Shown here: positions 62,299 to 64,000 of the stretch, piece by piece
Numbering within the stretch: the first letter of the stretch is position 1
Layout of the letters: every line of letters starts with the position of its first letter
Source of the DNA: an uncultured Candidatus Saccharibacteria bacterium
GTDB lineage: Bacteria > Patescibacteriota > Saccharimonadia > Saccharimonadales > Saccharimonadaceae
Assembly (NCBI GenBank): GCA_964581535.1
Contig: CAZOOW010000005.1
Coordinates: 8,140 to 72,139, forward strand
Length of the DNA stretch: 64,000 bases
Direction of reading: 5' to 3'
Notes under the pieces: model-generated
What the model was told of the DNA's origin: nothing
Database searches by the model: none
Seen by the model: only the letters and a program-made list of their open reading frames with translations
Made by a program: the position numbers and the translations under genes

Positions 62299-62785
62299 CG
62301 GGCAGATCGACAAATTCAAGAAGTATTTCTCCCGCAAAAAACAATCCATTGACGAAGTAGTCCGCGAACCGACGGCCGGGGGTATTGTCTTTCGTCGCGG
62401 TAAAGATAAAGATATCGAGATTTTGCTCATTCAGGATGCCAAGGATCGTTGGACTATTCCGAAAGGTCATATAGAGGAAGGCGAAACGGCACAGGAAACA
62501 GCTATCCGCGAGATCGGCGAAGAAGCCGGTATCAAAGAGTGCAAAGCCATTTGTTGGCTCGGTAAAATCCATTTTCGTTATCGCCGCGTAAGTACGCTAG
62601 TACTTATGACGACGCAAATATACTTAGTTCAAGCCCTCGGCGATACCGATGACATTCAAAAAGAAGAATGGATGAACGGCATAAAATGGTTTAAATTCCA
62701 CGATGCCTTGGAAGTCATCGAATATGAGGACATAGGAAAACTCATGCTACTCGCCCGTAAACGAATACGTCAACAAGGACTCTGA
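62279..62785 (+). CDS. NUDIX hydrolase
   Basis: Nudix box GHIEEGETAQETAIREIGEEAGI. The start is uncertain; it overlaps the nusB 3' end by 20 nt. Confidence 0.8.
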   Translation: MQTPKIDGQIDKFKKYFSRKKQSIDEVVREPTAGGIVFRRGKDKDIEILLIQDAKDRWTIPKGHIEEGETAQETAIREIGEEAGIKECKAICWLGKIHFRYRRVSTLVLMTTQIYLVQALGDTDDIQKEEWMNGIKWFKFHDALEVIEYEDIGKLMLLARKRIRQQGL

Positions 62786-62787
62786 AT

Positions 62788-63510
62788 ATGCTACATCATG
62801 TCGACACTCTTCCTTATCAGGAATTCGCCCGAGAAAAGCTTGGCTTTGAATTCGAGAACATTCAGCTGCTTATCGATGCATTCACACACCGCAGCTATAT
62901 GAACGAGCACAAAAAAAGTGCGCGGGTACACAACGAACGGTTGGAATTCCTCGGCGATGCCGTGTTGGAACTCAGTGTGACTGACTATTTGTACCGAAAT
63001 TATAATGAACCTGAAGGAATCCTTACCAGCTGGCGCTCAGCGCTGGTACGAACCGAGAGTATCGGGGCGGCGGGGCAGTCACTCGGCTATGAGCCGCTTA
63101 TTCGTCTTTCGCGCGGTGAAAAACGGGGGAGCGATAGAGCACGACAGCAGATTTTAGCCAATGCGTTCGAAGCACTCATCGGTGCAATCTATCTGGAACG
63201 AGGCTATGAAACAGCTGATGCTTTTATTAATACGAATATTCTCAGCAAACTGGACGGTATCCTAGAAGCAGGTTCGTGGCGAGACCCAAAAAGCCACCTC
63301 CAGGAGGTTTCTCAGGCCGTCGATGGTGCGACTCCTCAGTACAAGGTCATCGAAGAAATCGGTCCGGACCACGAAAAAGTTTTTACGCTCGGTGTTTATG
63401 TTGGCGGAAAATTGCTCGGAACGGGAAGCGGCCACAGCAAGCAGATAGCTCAACAGGACGCTGCCAGAGCAGCGCTTGCTCACTACGCGAAACGGAAGCA
63501 TTCGAAATGA
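62788..63510 (+). CDS. rnc: ribonuclease III
   Basis: Signature ERLEFLGDAVLEL and a C-terminal dsRBD (GPDHEKVFT..GSGHSKQIAQQDAA). Confidence 0.93.
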   Translation: MLHHVDTLPYQEFAREKLGFEFENIQLLIDAFTHRSYMNEHKKSARVHNERLEFLGDAVLELSVTDYLYRNYNEPEGILTSWRSALVRTESIGAAGQSLGYEPLIRLSRGEKRGSDRARQQILANAFEALIGAIYLERGYETADAFINTNILSKLDGILEAGSWRDPKSHLQEVSQAVDGATPQYKVIEEIGPDHEKVFTLGVYVGGKLLGTGSGHSKQIAQQDAARAALAHYAKRKHSK

Positions 63511-63561
63511 TATAGCTCATCATTCGTACCAGCTATACTTAACCTAAGAAGAAAGACTGTT

Positions 63562-64000
63562 ATGAATGATGAAATATATGAACTGATCCAAAAAGAAGAA
63601 GCTCGGCAACGTGATGGGCTTGAACTAATACCGAGTGAAAACTATGTTTCACGAGCCGTTTTGGACGCGCTTGGAAGCGTATTTACGAATAAATATAGCG
63701 AAGGCTACCCCAAAAAGCGTTACTACGGCGGACAAGAGTACACTGATGTAGTTGAGCAACTTGCTATCGACCGAGCGAAACAGCTTTTTGGTGCAGATCA
63801 TGCTAACGTCCAGCCGCACAGTGGCGCCCCTGCTAACGAGGCGGTGTATAGTGCATGGCTAGAGCCAGGCGACACTGTGCTTGCGATGGATCTTAGCCAC
63901 GGTGGGCATTTGACCCACGGTGCACCAGTGACTCGTAGTGCCAAACTCTATAACTTTGTTCGTTATAAGATGAAAAATATTGAAACTGGCGAGATTGATT
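63562..64000 (+). CDS. glyA: serine hydroxymethyltransferase, 3' end outside window
   Basis: [45 protein letters not shown]. The frame is open to the window edge. Confidence 0.93.
   Translation, partial: MNDEIYELIQKEEARQRDGLELIPSENYVSRAVLDALGSVFTNKYSEGYPKKRYYGGQEYTDVVEQLAIDRAKQLFGADHANVQPHSGAPANEAVYSAWLEPGDTVLAMDLSHGGHLTHGAPVTRSAKLYNFVRYKMKNIETGEID

Noticed and set aside
1-64000. Search for CRISPR arrays, transposases, integrases, rRNA genes, toxin-antitoxin pairs or known defence islands.
   Set aside because: No regularly spaced direct repeats, DDE/serine/tyrosine recombinase motifs or rRNA-like sequence were seen. The small hypothetical gene pairs (4466-5292) show no recognisable TA motifs.

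Overview
Gene-dense 64-kb chromosomal window with about 66 protein genes and 8 tRNA genes, all of which encode their 3' CCA. I saw no rRNA, CRISPR array, transposase or integrase. Most genes are housekeeping: rsmA, metG, tatD, mnmA, alaS, ruvX, mltG, obg, sbcB, uvrA, uvrC, typA, rarA, ddl, ligA, murF, leuS, nusB, rnc, glyA, rplY, rpmF, secG. There are also many peptidoglycan hydrolases and secreted or membrane proteins of unknown function. Tiny intergenic gaps, 4-nt start/stop overlaps, a truncated AlaRS, an Rpf-type hydrolase and a LAXTG-like sorting signal suggest a reduced-genome, Gram-positive-type bacterium. A Patescibacteria/CPR member such as Saccharibacteria is plausible, but this is inference only. 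Background GC is in the high 40s percent by eye. Main points for follow-up: (1) A roughly 770-nt promoter-to-terminator unit with no ORF at 17.8-18.6 kb. It has a perfect 14-bp helix joining its ends, several GC-rich hairpins, a tandem hairpin module and an internal 9-codon ORF behind a perfect Shine-Dalgarno. I read it as an unclassified large structured ncRNA, with a MITE-like insertion as the alternative. (2) A roughly 60+% GC, GC3-rich secreted-protein gene at 28.9-30.6 kb, bounded by perfect 19-bp inverted repeats and inserted in the leader of a native surface-protein gene. This is a candidate horizontally acquired cassette, possibly from a high-GC actinobacterial host. (3) A tRNA cluster at 49.2-49.7 kb with a tRNA-Cys carrying a non-canonical T-loop, a tRNA-Gly with a U19/A56 covariation, and a duplicated tRNA-Gly 3' half with its own promoter and terminator. 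An AT-rich two-gene membrane module follows it. (4) A pervasive promoter layout in which a TGnTATA(A/C/G)T -10 box sits 6-11 nt upstream of the start codon with no SD. This implies leaderless mRNAs, and includes one palindromic -10 shared by divergent genes. All functional calls rest on motif recognition by eye; no searches were run.
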